DNA of 64,000 nucleotides from Amoebophrya sp. A120 (Eukaryota > Protista > Dinoflagellata): assembly GCA_905178155.1 (NCBI GenBank), contig CAJINV010000017.1:1-64000 (forward strand). The letters run 5' to 3'. How positions within the stretch are numbered: the stretch's first letter is position 1; every line of letters starts with the position of its first letter. Position numbers and translations under genes: made by a program. Positions 25,108 to 37,677 of the stretch are shown in pieces. The notes beneath the pieces were generated by a model. The model ran no database searches. It saw nothing but the letters and a program-made list of their open reading frames with translations, and was not told the DNA's origin.

Positions 25108-26889
25108 TTTAGATAGAAATCTGGCCGTGGCCGCTCAGAAGCAGAGAGAAACCATTGCATCGAATTATAAACTCCGACTTTATAATGCGAATTTGCTATG
25201 CAAGGCTTAGGTAAAGGGCGCCGGAAGCCAGTGGATATTTTTTTTTTTGAATTGTGCCCGGAGGCGATCACTGTACTGCTACTGATGAAACAGAAATAAA
25301 GATGTAGACAGAAGGTGTGGGCGAGTTGTCCTCAACCCAAACACTGTAGATCAGGAAGCACTAGATTTAGTCAACGGAAAACAAGACGAAACGAGTCAAA
25401 ACACTTTTCTCAGAGTACCCATTTGAGCAGAGGCAGCCAGGACTTCACACAGAAAGTAGATGGACTAGACTGGAGATTCCTCAGCGGAGGAGACGAGGGT
25501 TCTCAAGGAATTAAGACAAGTGTGATTGTGGTTGTGCAATTTCGAAGAAAGTTGTCGTTTTTTTACAACACTGCGAAACGGGTCAAATAACGGACCACCG
25601 GTCGGGACGGATAGTCAGAAAATATTTGTAGGAGAATAGCGCGGCGGGGACTGCAATGCACGACTCTTTTGACATAGCACTCCGACCCCGTGATTCAAAA
25701 ACCGTTTATATTCTTGTTCCGATGAAAAATAAGCTGGTAACTAAAGCGTGCGCAAGCGCAAGACTAAGAGTGTTACTAAAAGATGATCGATGCTACAACT
25801 TCTTGTAGTACACCTCGTGGGAGGTTTATTTAAAGACCTCAGCCGAGGATCTCTGGCCGCATTATATGTTCTTGTCGTGTTTCGGCTGAATGATTTGAAC
25901 GCCGTGCCCATTTGTTTTCGTTTGTGTTGTACGGAAAGGGTCACTGCTTTTTGTATTTGATTTTGCCTCCGCCGGCGTGCATCGGCCTGTACCCACTGAA
26001 GGTAAGTAGGTAGGATTTGCTGCAAAAAACACTGATCCGTGCTTCGCGTCACTTCGGATCAGATGTTAATTGCCTGCGCGGCGGAAGTTTTCCCTATAGT
26101 TCTCTGATCACCCAAACCTCTCTAGCTACTAAACTAGAACTGGCGGCGTTGCTTGTTTCAGCACCATCAGAAGTGCGTGACTCGCATGCCGGGCGTGCCA
26201 TGTCAGGATGTCAGGATAACCCCGTCAATTGCAATTGGGTAAGTCAGTCACTAACTCATTTTTCATCAGCTAGGCAACGAGGCATCAGCATCTCTACTAG
26301 TGGGCCTGTTATTTTTCGAGTTGGAGGTGGTTTTTCAAGCTAGGTAGTATTCAGTGTTGGATATTTGTTTTTTGAGTATTTCGTGATCCGCATTCCATTT
26401 GTTTGGCCAGCGCAATCTTCAGTTCTACTACATGATGAAGACGGCAACTTTATTTTGACAGTAGCCTTTGATTTCTTTGTTCTTCTTCTTCTTCTTCTTC
26501 TTGATCCTGTCATACGAAGTTTGTTGCGAAGATCCCATGTAGATGACTGTAGACATAGCTTTGGAGCCCACTTTTTCGCTTTGCTTCGCGTTCAAAAAAG
26601 CAAAAGGTGATATACTTATTTAAGTTCAGCAGCTAGGTTTTCTCTGAACCTGAAGGCAAAGTAGCGGCAGACAGAGTTAGGAAAGCGATAAAAAAAGCGA
26701 CAATAGCACTAGCTACTCTCCATTCGAGAAGCGTTTTTAATACAACTGCTTCTCTGTACAAAAGTACTTTGAATTCTATTCGTTTTCCCTATAGTTTTCT
26801 GTTCCTGTATTTCCAATCACGTTCTAACATTTCAAAGACGACGCTGACACAAAGCGCCAAACACGACCATCCCGGGCACCAGCTACGTC

Positions 26890-27668
26890 ATGCGTCCCTC
26901 GATCCGCAACCGGGGCTACAACACCTACGCCAGCAACCGCAATGGCCGATACATCGAAGAGGACACTTCTACGACCCAGCAAAACAACGCTCCGCCCCAG
27001 CGGACCAATGCGTATAATAACATTCGCCCCAACTCCTTTCACGAAAACGAGACGCACGAGAAGGAGCGCACAAAATTCGTCGAGGTGGACCTGAAAAAGC
27101 GGACGGATAACAGTTACAGCAAGATCGAGGTGAAAGGCAACGGGAAGTATCGGAAGCGAGACAATTACGAGGAGGAGAACGCGTCTTCTGTGCAAAGTGT
27201 GGCGCTGAAACCGAACGCGATCTACTCGTCGGCTTACAGCGCGGGTCGTTCATCTCTTCTCCGTGCCGGCACGACGCGACTGGCAACACGAGAAGAGATG
27301 AACAAGGGGAGGGCGGCTCCGAGGATGAAAGTGCGCCGATCCCAGGACTTGTTGACTTCTTGTGCGACGATTTCAGAGGGCTCCGCGTGCAACGCAACGA
27401 CCACGAAGATGAAGAGATGAGCGACTCGGGCTGCTCCCTGGTGTGGGACGGAGAGGCACCAGTAGACCTTGACTCGGAAGACGATGGCAGTGAAGCGGAA
27501 CCGACAGCACAGCCACAGCCTTTTGCGAGACGCCTGACCATGGAGGTGCAGCGCGAAGAACTGCACAGGCGCGCTCTGTCCCCGTCGGGAGCAAGAAACA
27601 CGGAAGGTCGCGGCCCGTCCCTCGCCCCCACCGACGTCGACCCGTACCTGGTGTTGCGCAATAGTTAG
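26890..27668 (+). CDS. hypothetical protein spread over two overlapping frames
   Basis: ATG ORF 26890-27420 plus a second frame open 27111-27668. Both have coding-like composition; no recognised domain. Confidence 0.35.
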
Positions 27669-29356
27669 AGGAGCGAGCTGTGCTACCCCTACCGGTGCAA
27701 GAAGGTGATCGCCACGTGGAATTTTTAATGGATCGCGCCCTGTGCCTGCACTACTTCTACTCGCTATAATGCAGGATGAGTGTGCGCGTACCTACTTCTG
27801 AGCTTCACATGTGCTCCTTGTGCGTGATCCGTATATTGTACTTGTGCCAAGGCGCTCGATGTCTACGCACATCACTAATTCGAATGCACTTAAGTAGTAT
27901 AATGCGTGTCCTCTAAATGTTGGCTGACGCGTTGTGCCACGTAATGAAGAAAGCCAGATTTTTTTTGCAGCGCGATGTAGATATAGTCATAGGATCACTG
28001 TGTCTTGGGCCAGCTCGCCCTTCTTGTTATCGATATCATCAAACTAGGGTAAGGGTTTTCTAAATTCTGACTCTATCGTAAGACGTGCGGAACTGGCGTT
28101 GCTTCACCATCAGAAGTGTGTGACAACGAGGGCGGGCCGTGTCACCTAAAGTTCCAAAAAACTACGCTGCACATGGCATACATATATTTTTGCTACAGAC
28201 AGTGGCAGTGCACAACGAAGCCGAAGGAATTGGTATCGTGGAAACTTGCTATATCGAAATCGAATGCGAAGCGAAGCCCCTTTCTGTACTATTAGTATTA
28301 CCGACTGCATAAAAGCAAACCAAACAGATGCGAAGTAAATGCATACAACAAGCGTTATATTATTCTTGATGTCGATCTTAATCTTTGCACAAGGTGCTTC
28401 GCATCCACATGAAGTGACCACTTCGTGGTTCCCGTTTTTCCTTTCTGAATGAAGCTAGAACAAATTATATATCTGAAGGCAATATTTCCAGATACTTTAT
28501 GTATGTGGATTCTTTCTGGTTGGCCGCTTCGCTGAGACGGCCAAGCGTGACAAAAATTCACCTTGCAGGGAATTTCACAAAAGAAACAAGAAAAAAAATT
28601 GTAGGAACATATGGCCTGGCATCGTTCACGGCGGTTGCAGATGGATGCCTTCTCGTCATGACATATATTCCTTCTTTTCAGATAGTCGCTCGTCTGCTTA
28701 CAGATGTCAAAAAAAGATCTATGTGTCAGCACCGACTGACATTGATAAAGCTTTTTTCTCTAGTTTTTTTGGAAGGTGGAATGATATTTGTATTTCGGTG
28801 GACATTTTTGGGCCTGTGTAAGTTTTCTACGTAACTTTTTGACATCTGCACTGGTACATCGTGCACAGCGATGTATTTTTTTGATGTCCTTCTATGTATT
28901 GTCTGCTAACAGCCTGTTTACTAATTGATTATAGTCTTTTATTTCTCTTTCTCTAGGATCGCACGACCTCTTGCGGCTGTGGACACAATGAATATGTCTC
29001 ATTTATTTGATGTTCTGCATTTTATAATTTTATCATGTTGTTGTGTCTCAGTTTATTGTTATTCAGTTCGAGTAAAAAAATCGTTCGGTCTTTGACGCTT
29101 TTCTAATTTTTGCTCTGCGATAGGTTTGTAGTAGGTTTGTGATAAGTGATTTCTTGCTTCACGTTGGTGAGGTCTTGCAGATTTTTTTCCGGTTATGTCG
29201 TCTGCTGAAAAAAGAAAAAAACTCTGAACGAAAAGCGAACACTTCTCATATCATGGCCGATCCTGGGGCTGCGAGTGCGTGGCTTCCGTTTCGAGTCCGA
29301 GCTGGGGGGCAGATAGACGCCCCTCGCTTGGCAGGTAATCCGTGTCTGTCAAATCA

Positions 29357-30175
29357 GTGGGGGATTCATTGTTCTTTGAGGGAGATGGAGCGCTGCAAAA
29401 CAAATTGAAATGAGTGCTGAGAAATAATTTTGTTCTGCTAGCTTGGCATGGTAAAGAAAAGAATGAGTCGCTTCGTTATGCTCTGTGGTCCCCGATGAAG
29501 AAAACCCGTACTTACTACAACTATGGGACTTTGCGCAGTGGTGCGTGGGAATCATTTCCGATATTATGGTCTACCACCCTAGAAGAAAGAACCCCGAGGC
29601 CAGCAGGCACCTAGTCGCGGGCTTGCCCCGGCTGCCGTCCGCAATATTCGTGGAGCCGTTCTTGGGGGGGGGGACACGCACGACCCCCTTGTTCTGGCGA
29701 AGCGACGAGGGGGGGCGACCGCTGCTGTGTGTATCTTTTGACTCTGCCGCCGGCGCCGCGTGTCAGCAAGCCCGTGCCCGCCGAATGTAGGACTTGCGCA
29801 AAAGTACGCTTGCGCCATGAGTTGTGCGTGTTACTGAGGATCAGACAAGTAGAAGGACTGCCGGCGCCCAAGTTTTGCCTTAAGTTTTCTGCTCAGCATG
29901 TCACCGTGACATCTGCATTGATGGGCGTGTTGAACACGCCCAGTTGGTGAGGGTCCTTTGTGGGTCATTGTTGATTGAGGGAGATGGAGCACTGCAAAAG
30001 CGAAGCGAGTATTGAGAAATAAACATTTCGACCAGAAGCAGCTACTAGACTTGGCAAAGATAAGAAAAGCGTGAGTGTTCTTGCCGTGTTGTTGCATTGT
30101 TGAGGAACAGGCGTAGAAAAAAATGTGGAATTTTGCACATCAGTGGTGCTTAGAAATTATTTGCGATGTGGTCTA
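29357..30175 (+). repeat. degenerate ~215-bp direct repeat pair (29357-29573 and 29960-30175)
   Basis: Shared collinear blocks TCATTGTT..TTGAGGGAGATGGAGC.CTGCAAAA, TGAGAAATAA, CTTGGCA, AAGAAAAG..TGAGT, CAGTGGTGC and TGGTCTA. Confidence 0.8.
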
Positions 30176-30231
30176 ATGAATATTTTTTATTGTGACGATA
30201 CCAACTCCTGCTGGTAAAAAAGATCAAGATC

Positions 30232-33200
30232 ATGCTGACTGGTTCCAGCCCAAGCATCGACCTCGTAACGCTAGTGAAGGAAGCCCACACGACGACGACG
30301 GCGTTCGGAAATGGTCAAGGCACTTCTGCCGCAGCAACCGCGAGCGATTACCATTTTCTCCAAAGGCTGGAAAAAGCCTTGTGGGAAAAGCGGGAACAGC
30401 AGCTGGCACTAGTCGAAGAAGAAGACTGCGTCGCGGCGCAAAATAAATCCCGTCATGCCCATTCTGCCCGCTCGACCCAGTCTGGGACGAGCAGGCAGCA
30501 TCCACCTGCTAGTGGAAATATTAAAACGCAAGAACACGCTACTTCGTCCTCCACGGTCCGGCAGTTGTCTACTGCTCCCAGCACGTCTACTTCGACCGCG
30601 CCGTCCTTCGGTCTCAACCTTCTTAACCCGCTGACCTACAAGCGTTGCTTGGAGCTCTCATCCTCGAAAGAGCAGACCAACAGCACGATCTTGGAGAAGA
30701 TCGACAACATAAACCAGGCTGGACGAGGACGAGGAGGACGCGCCACGGACTCCGACTTTGAGGCGGTTGACAAGCTGCAATCGCTGCACCTGGAGTGGCA
30801 ACGGTTGCAACCGGTTTTGAGTTTGCCACTGCACCCGTTCCGGAGTCTGAAGAACCTCTACCTGCAGTATAATTTTTTGACCGACGGTATGGGGTTCTCA
30901 AACGTTACATTCTCACCTGTTACATGAATTTGTCATGCAAAAGCACCATCATCATCCTCACGATCAAGCTGCTTCGCATGACAAATTAGCGAAGGGCTAC
31001 GCCGCACCTAAATCTGCGCCAAACTTGTAATGCAAAAGGCGCAATCTTCCTCCTTTCACTTTTGCCAGTCTTGCGTTACAAATTCATGTAACAGCTGAGA
31101 ATGTAACATTTGAGAACTTCATAGAATGGGTTTGGGACGAACTCATCGGGTTAGACCAGTTGGAGCTGCTCGCCTTTATCAAATGTAAAAATGTCTGGGT
31201 CTGGAAGAATTCATGTCTGTCATGCTTGTCTGGCATGACTCTTAAATTTGTCATGCACGTCACCCAAGAGCTCCGTGTTTCTGTGATGCAGAAGCGCATT
31301 TTGTCCTGCAGAATAGGCAACACCTAGGAGCTCAGAAACTTGTCATGCTGAGCCAGCATCTGTAGCCTCATCATGAGACGCCACCCAGCATCACAAGTTT
31401 CCAGACCCAGACATTTTTACAATCCATAGCCTTGCAGCACAACCGACTAACGACCGTGAAGGCAAATTTCCAATATTACAATGAAAAATGCCCCCACCCC
31501 CAAACTTGAAAGCATTTGTATTGCAAATCTTTCCAAATGAAACATTCGCCCTCTTGCGTGCATCAGCATCACAGATTTCCGATCGTGAATAGCAAAAATT
31601 TGTATTGCAAAAGATCCCAGCAAGAGCGGTGCTTGTCATGCAAGCGATGCGAAACACGACTAGAATCTGCATCAGAAAGGTTCATACTCCTTTCATGCAT
31701 GACAAAAAGTTTTCATTTGGAAACTTCGCATCACAAATTTTTGCAATTTCAGGGGTGGGGGGCATTTTTCACTGTGATATCCAAAACGCGGGATTCGGGG
31801 AAACCGGAGGGAAGGCATTGTTGGTACGCGTTGATGTATAACTTTAATTTAAAATGATAAAGATAAAGGCTCGGCTCGCAGCGTGTCGTGGCCTAGACAG
31901 GTGGAGATGATCATGACTCTATTCCTTTGTTGCCTAAGACTTTGCGATTTTAACTCGGATTTTTACTCGTCAGCAAAAAACCGCAGCAGAAACAAATTAT
32001 CCAACAAGGATCATTCTCAAAAACTCGAAATCGTTATCAGGTTCTCGATTGCAGCTCAAACCGCATCACAGATTGGAACTTCGACACTTTGGCTACACAT
32101 TTTCCGCAAAGCTTGTGCATTCTGAATGTGGCGGACAACCCAGACAGTATCTTGTTGATAGAGGGCCCCCCTTCGCTACACGACAAGCAGGCACCTCCGC
32201 CGCGTTCTCACCAGCGCACCTCCACCGAGGCTGCCACGAGCAGCACATCAATCACAAGAAGGAAGAAACTACTCCTCGACTACCTCCCAGACCTGGCGGT
32301 TTTCAACGGATCTGATCTCGAGCGAGACACCGAAGATCCTGATGGGGAAAGCAAATCAGACAAAGGCGAAGAAGGAGGAGTCTCATCTAAGTTTCTGGAC
32401 GTCGTCGACACGACCAAAGTATTAGACGATTTTCCACCAGCTGCGGACTTCCACATTTTTGGCGAGCAAGAAGGAACAGAAGAAAACAACACGAAGCCAT
32501 CGTCCAACGACAGCCTCGATCACCACGCGGTGGAAAAGCGGACATTGTTTGAAGAGATCAGGAAACAGATGGAGGCGCTTGAACTCGCTGAGAAGGTCGA
32601 CGTGCCGGATGATGTGCCCGAAATCAGCTTGACAAGCCAGCAGCGCAGGTTTCTCGCCCGCGTCAGAACGAAGAACGGAGGGTGTCATGAGGAACAGCAA
32701 GACTATGACTACGGCGGTGAAGATCATGTTGAGGAAAAGGGGGAAGATTATGATTGCGGAGCGGGCGATGTTGACGAGGTAGAACTCGTTGATGCAGCTC
32801 CTGTGCCGTCGTTGCACCAAACAGCAAACGATGCAAATCATATACCAACATCTGGTCCGACGAGGACAGCAGCAACCGTAGCAGAAGTTCCACCGCCCGA
32901 GGATTTGGATTTACGGGCGGACGAGGAGGTTCTGCAAGCTTTGGCTGCGAAACGGACGCTGCTAAGACGGAAACGCATTTTGGAAAAGGAAATGCAGAAG
33001 GAAATTGAAGCGTTTGAGCTTGTCGCGCAAAATAAAACCAACAGCGGTGCTGGTGCTACTTCTAACTCGTTTCTTTTCCGAAGCAGTGGTGCATCGCCAT
33101 CGGCTTCTACCACGAGGCAAAGCCACGACAGCACGTCGACAGAAGCTGGCGTCCCGGGAAGTAGTAGAAATACATTCGCTATTAATGAAAGAATGGAAGC

Positions 33201-33339
33201 AAGAAGGCAGCGGAGAGAGTTGGAAACATACGAGGCGGATCTTCCACTGGAAGAGCAGTACCAGATCTGGAATACAGCGAGAAAACTGGCGTCCGAAGCG
33301 TCGACGTTGGTAGTCCCGCCGGAAGGGGAGGCGGCTTGA
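30232..33339 (+). CDS. SDS22-type leucine-rich repeat protein (LRRC46-like), 5 exons
   Basis: After removing three TIR elements and GT-AG intron 31824-32040 the LRRs read LKNLYLQYNFLT, LELLALQHNRLTTV, LLVLDCSSNRIT and LCILNVADNP, with cap YLPDLAVFNG. Confidence 0.8.
30888..31123. mobile_element. TAT...ATA introner, 236 bp, ~46-bp TIR
   Basis: TATGGGGTTCTCAAACGTTACATTCTCACCTGTTACATGAATTTGT versus rc TATGAAGTTCTCAAATGTTACATTCTCAGCTGTTACATGAATTTGT. Flanks GACGG/GAATG. Confidence 0.92.
31177..31428. mobile_element. TAT...ATA introner, 252 bp, TSD GCCTT
   Basis: TIR core AAAAATGTCTGGGTCTGGAA. Exact GCCTT on both sides. Removal gives LELLALQHNRL. Confidence 0.95.
31474..31779. mobile_element. TAT...ATA introner, 306 bp, TSD TCCAA
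   Basis: TATTACAATGAAAAATGCCCCCACCCC versus rc TATCACAGTGAAAAATGCCCCCCACCCC. Exact TCCAA on both sides. Removal gives KANFQNAGF. Confidence 0.92.
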
Positions 33340-33797
33340 GATGAGTCATGCGTTTTATTCATCTGTTGTAACTTAGACTTTGTTCACACGAGCTCGAGCA
33401 TCGACAGAACAACCGCATGGCGACCGCCTTCCAAAATTTGCCTCCTCCCAATGATGTTGAATGGGCTAGAAGCGACTACATCAACTACACCGGCGATGAA
33501 GAAGACCTTTTGCTTTTAATTATCTTTCTGCTCTGTTGAGTCGGGCTCGGATGTTCGCAGTATAGTTAGCGGCAAGTACTAGCGGATCTGTCCTATCAAG
33601 CAGAGGCATTTAATTATCCCACGTAGTCTTCAACAAGAGCCTTCGGTTGAACGATTATATCCTGTTTCATATTCATCCGACTCCATGGCTGTTAGTGCGG
33701 TCGGTGCCACACTAGTGAAAAGTCTAAAAAGGCTGCTTGCGACCAAACAAAACCCACTTGACAACGTCATAGCTCTTCACAAGGCACTTCGTGCAAA

Positions 33798-36700
33798 ATG
33801 AAGTCGCTTTGTTCTTTTCGGTCGTTCTCTTTGCACAATTTCTGGCGTTTGATCAGCGTCAGTACTTGCCATTATTTCCTCGTGGAAAATAGTTTCTTCT
33901 TTCGCCATTACTACGCAGCCGCACAGGACGTCCCTGCGCCTGGCGGTGCCGATGCCGCGACAGCTGCTGCTCTACTGCCAGACCGCCCAGGCGGGGTCGG
34001 AGCAGCCACAACTCCACTTGCCTCCGGCGGAGACAGCGTCGACGCTCTCCTACAGCAGGCTGTGCAGGAATCCATACAAACTGAAGACCAAGAAAACAAC
34101 GCAGGTCTTCCCGACGCAGCCAGCACGACCCTACTGGAAAGCACAAAGGATAAGATCGCCGCCCCAGATTCCGACTCCCGCCCTACTTCGGAGCCTGCAT
34201 TGGTCGAAGATTCTATGTCTACTTCCGATGCCCCCCCACCAGCTACGGTAGTGACCGCGGGAGCATCATCATCGGCGACGACCCCAGTTAATAACCCCGC
34301 TCCTCCTGCTCCACCTCCAAGTTCTCTGTCGTTCGACTCGCTGGACTTAACGTTGGAAATTGACAACCCATGCTGGATATCAAATGCAAAAATGTCTGGG
34401 TCTGGAAACTTGTGATGCTGGGTGGCGTCTCATGGTGAGGCCACAAGAGCTGGCTTAGCATGACAAGTTTCTGAGCTTCTAGGTGTTGCCTATTCTGCAT
34501 GACAAACTGCGTTTCTGCATCACAGAAAAGCGGAGCTCTTGGGTAACGTGCATGACAGATTTAAGAGTCACGCCAGACAAGCATGACAAACATGAACTCT
34601 TCCAGACCCAGACATTTTTACATTTGATACTGGACGCCAGGTTACACATTCGCGGTGTGTTGCAACACGGACGTTTTTGGGGAGCGGGGGAACATGGAGT
34701 GTTGGGACGAAAGTTTCAATTTCAACATTTGCTGTGTCGAAGAGCGCTGGCTGCGGTCGCAAAACATGACGTCCAATCCTACGATGGCCAGTCGGGGCGG
34801 CGGCCTGGAAAGCGCGCAGTTCATTCGGCGACGGGAAGACTTGAGGACGTGCCTTTCGGACTACGAGGTAAGTATGTTGTATAATTGGGGGGATAGGTGT
34901 ATTTTGGCATTTTTTTCGTACAACACCGGGCTTCGGAAAGAAAACAATAAAATTAAATGCAGTCCTCGACGTAGTGCAAATGCAGCTGCAGTAATTTCCA
35001 CTTCGCATCACGGAAGGGAACAAGAAGAGTTCAATCTCAGGGTATAATCGGCATGAGGTAGCTAGACGTTGACGCAGGAGGAAAGACGCTAGCTTTCTTA
35101 ATACATTTCCGTAAATTTTAAGTCTCTCCTGCTTAAACTAATAACCAGGGCTTCTACACGAAAGTGATGCAGTGGTCGGGTTTCCGCGAATCTCCCTTCG
35201 GTGACCCCGCGAGCTGCAAGGCGGTGGGGCGGCGATTTTTCTGGGTTATCTTGAATCGGGTGATGATGGGATTTTGCGCACCGGAGTCGTGCAACATGAA
35301 CGAGTGGTACATCGCCGGGCCGCTGATAGCCGCCTGGACTGGCAAGATGGGCGGGAGTAAGTTTGGCTGCTTGGAACAGGAGAAGGAATTCGGCATGTAC
35401 GACACGTTTCCCCCCCTGTTCAGCCGCCCGCCGAGCGCCACCGAGATGAAGGCCTTCCAGCACTGCGAGGAAAACATGCGACGGTATTTTCCGTCGTCGG
35501 ATGTGATACGATTGCGGACCCTTCTGCAGGAAAACCGGCTGGAACTGGACGAACGGGCGAAAGATTTGAATTTCAACGTGAAAGAGCACCACGAAACCTG
35601 GAGAGTCAGTCCGGAAAATTGGTTTCACTTCAAACTCATCGGGGCTCCGGTGTTGGTCGCAAGTTTGCTGGAGTTCCTACTTGGGTTGTTAGCCTGCTTC
35701 GGGAGCGTTTTGTGTACCTGCTGGTGCAGGATGTGTGCGAAGACGGCGCAGAAAGGGCAAAACAGTGAAGACGACGCTGCTTCAGTCGCCTCAAGAACCG
35801 CTGCAAAAGGAACTTCATTTTCCATCACATCTCTCCTTACCGCGCCGATCAGGCTGCTCCGGCGCAACCTGCTCCAGCCGCTCGCGCTACAAACAAACCT
35901 CAGCGAACTGTTCGCTGGCCCGACCTCTCCGAAAGTCAACTCCAGCCTCTCGCTCGTCAGGATATTTCTGTGCCTTACGGTGATCTACGTGCACACGGTA
36001 GAAGCGTTCGAATGGGAGAACCACAGCAGCGAACAGGCGTTGCTGCAGCTACGGTACTGGCCGCTGTTTGTCCTGTGTCACTGTGGCCACCGGGTAAACA
36101 CGCTCTTCACCTGTTTGTCCACGTTTTTGGCCCTGAAGTCCATTCGCAGCACAAACTTCATGCGCGATCACGTCGGCAGAACATCGCGGAAAAATGCTTC
36201 TGGAGATGAGCAGGGAGCTCCAGCAAAGACACTATCATCACCAATAAACCAGAACATCTTCTTCACCATTTTCACGCAAATCCGACTACTGCTGAAACAA
36301 GCACTGCAACGGATCACGCGCCAGTCCCCGGTGATGCTCTTCTGGACCTTCATCGTGATGCGCGTGTTCGCTAAAGACATTCCCTGGCGGCCCTCGGAAA
36401 CGATCACCGTCTGGTACGACTACCGCGTGAAAGTCTGCCACATGAGCCAGCGCTGGCTCTACTCCAGTTTTTACCTGCACGCCTGGCTGACCCAATCCGT
36501 GACCGACGAGTCCATTTGCCACAACACAGCGATTTTCGAGGCGGAGTTTCAGGTCGTGATGTTCTTCATCGTCTTTTCCTCGTTCGCGTACTTCACCAGG
36601 CGCCTCGTCTCCGCCGTCTTCTGCTCCGACCTGTTCCAGACCGCGGCAAAAGTCGTCGAGCTCTCCGTCCTGCTGCACATCCAGGGCTCCATTTTCCGGT

Positions 36701-37677
36701 ACGCTTGGGACCACGCCACTTCCCGGGAGGAAGCGCACCGTTGGCAAGAGAACCGGATGCTGGAGCGGTCACCGCGAACGGTGTTGTACTTGATTTCCGT
36801 CGCGATCTGCGTCTATCTGTTCGAGGAAGTCTTCCCCTTTTTCGCGGAGAAGGCGTTCAGCAGCGGGCTTGTGTTTTTCAGGTCATGGAGGATATGGAAA
36901 ATGTTCACCTCTGCCGTCCAGTCCCGAAAATTCCGGAGCTTGTTCTTCGTCCTTTTGCCGCTCCTCGCGGTGTTGTTCCTCGATGCTCTAGTCGTGATTC
37001 GCGGACGGTACTTCATCCTTGGCAACGACTACAATAATGTGACGAAGCAGATTCTGGGCAGCGACTCGACGATATTCGTCTACATGTACGCGATGGCGAA
37101 CACCACCGTAATTCCGTTCACCAAGCATTTTCTGCACAATGAGCCAATGCTGATGGACTATGTGCTGGATTTTCCGACCACGTTCGCGTTTTACCACTTG
37201 ATAAAGCTGCTGATGGAGGAGAGGTCCACGACTGGCCCACGCATGCAACAGGTCGTTCCTCCAGCGTCGCCGGTAGTTGTCGTGGGAACAGTAGTTGGGA
37301 TTGGCCCTGATCAAGTTCAAAATGGAGTGATGGAACAGAAGCATCATACCCTTGTCGGAGCAGGTGACTCATCATCCCTCGTCCAAGCGCTCGACGCACG
37401 TGCACAAATACCAGCACACCGCGCGTCTCCATCAGCGGTGAAGAAGCTGGTGCACGTGTTTGCGCAGCTCACATTTGGCATGAACTTGAGTAACATTTTT
37501 GTCCTGCACTACGTGGTCGGCTACGGGTTGCAGTTCCCCTTGAGAATCAATTTCATTCTTTTTCCCTCCCTGTTCCTTTTTGTGGTCATGAGTAGCGCGT
37601 TTGTGAACCTCGTCGTGTACCTTTTCGTAGAGAAACCTTGCGCGAATTTGTCCATGAAGCTGCTGAGCTATCTTTGA
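33798..37677 (+). CDS. NRF-6 / acyltransferase family 3-like multi-pass membrane protein, 3 exons
   Basis: LVRIFLCLTVIYVHT, VNTLFTCLSTFL, RITRQSP, EAEFQ, FAQLTFGMNL and VYLFVEKP follow the Acyl_transf_3 pattern. Cys-rich N-terminal part. TIR intron at ~34378 and GT-AG intron 34868-35148. Confidence 0.75.
34378..34629. mobile_element. TAT...ATA introner, 252 bp, TSD CTGGA; inverted copy of 31177-31428
   Basis: Exact CTGGA on both sides. Removing 257 nt gives NPCWTPGYTFAVCCNTD. Reverse complement is about 92% identical to 31177-31428 by hand count. Confidence 0.95.

Noticed and set aside
28701-28848. 13-bp inverted repeat CAGATGTCAAAAA as another introner
   Set aside because: No TAT/ATA termini, no TSD and no host reading frame identified.
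31458-31817. GAAGGCA direct repeat as intron boundary
   Set aside because: The TIR ends and exact TCCAA duplication define 31474-31779 better.
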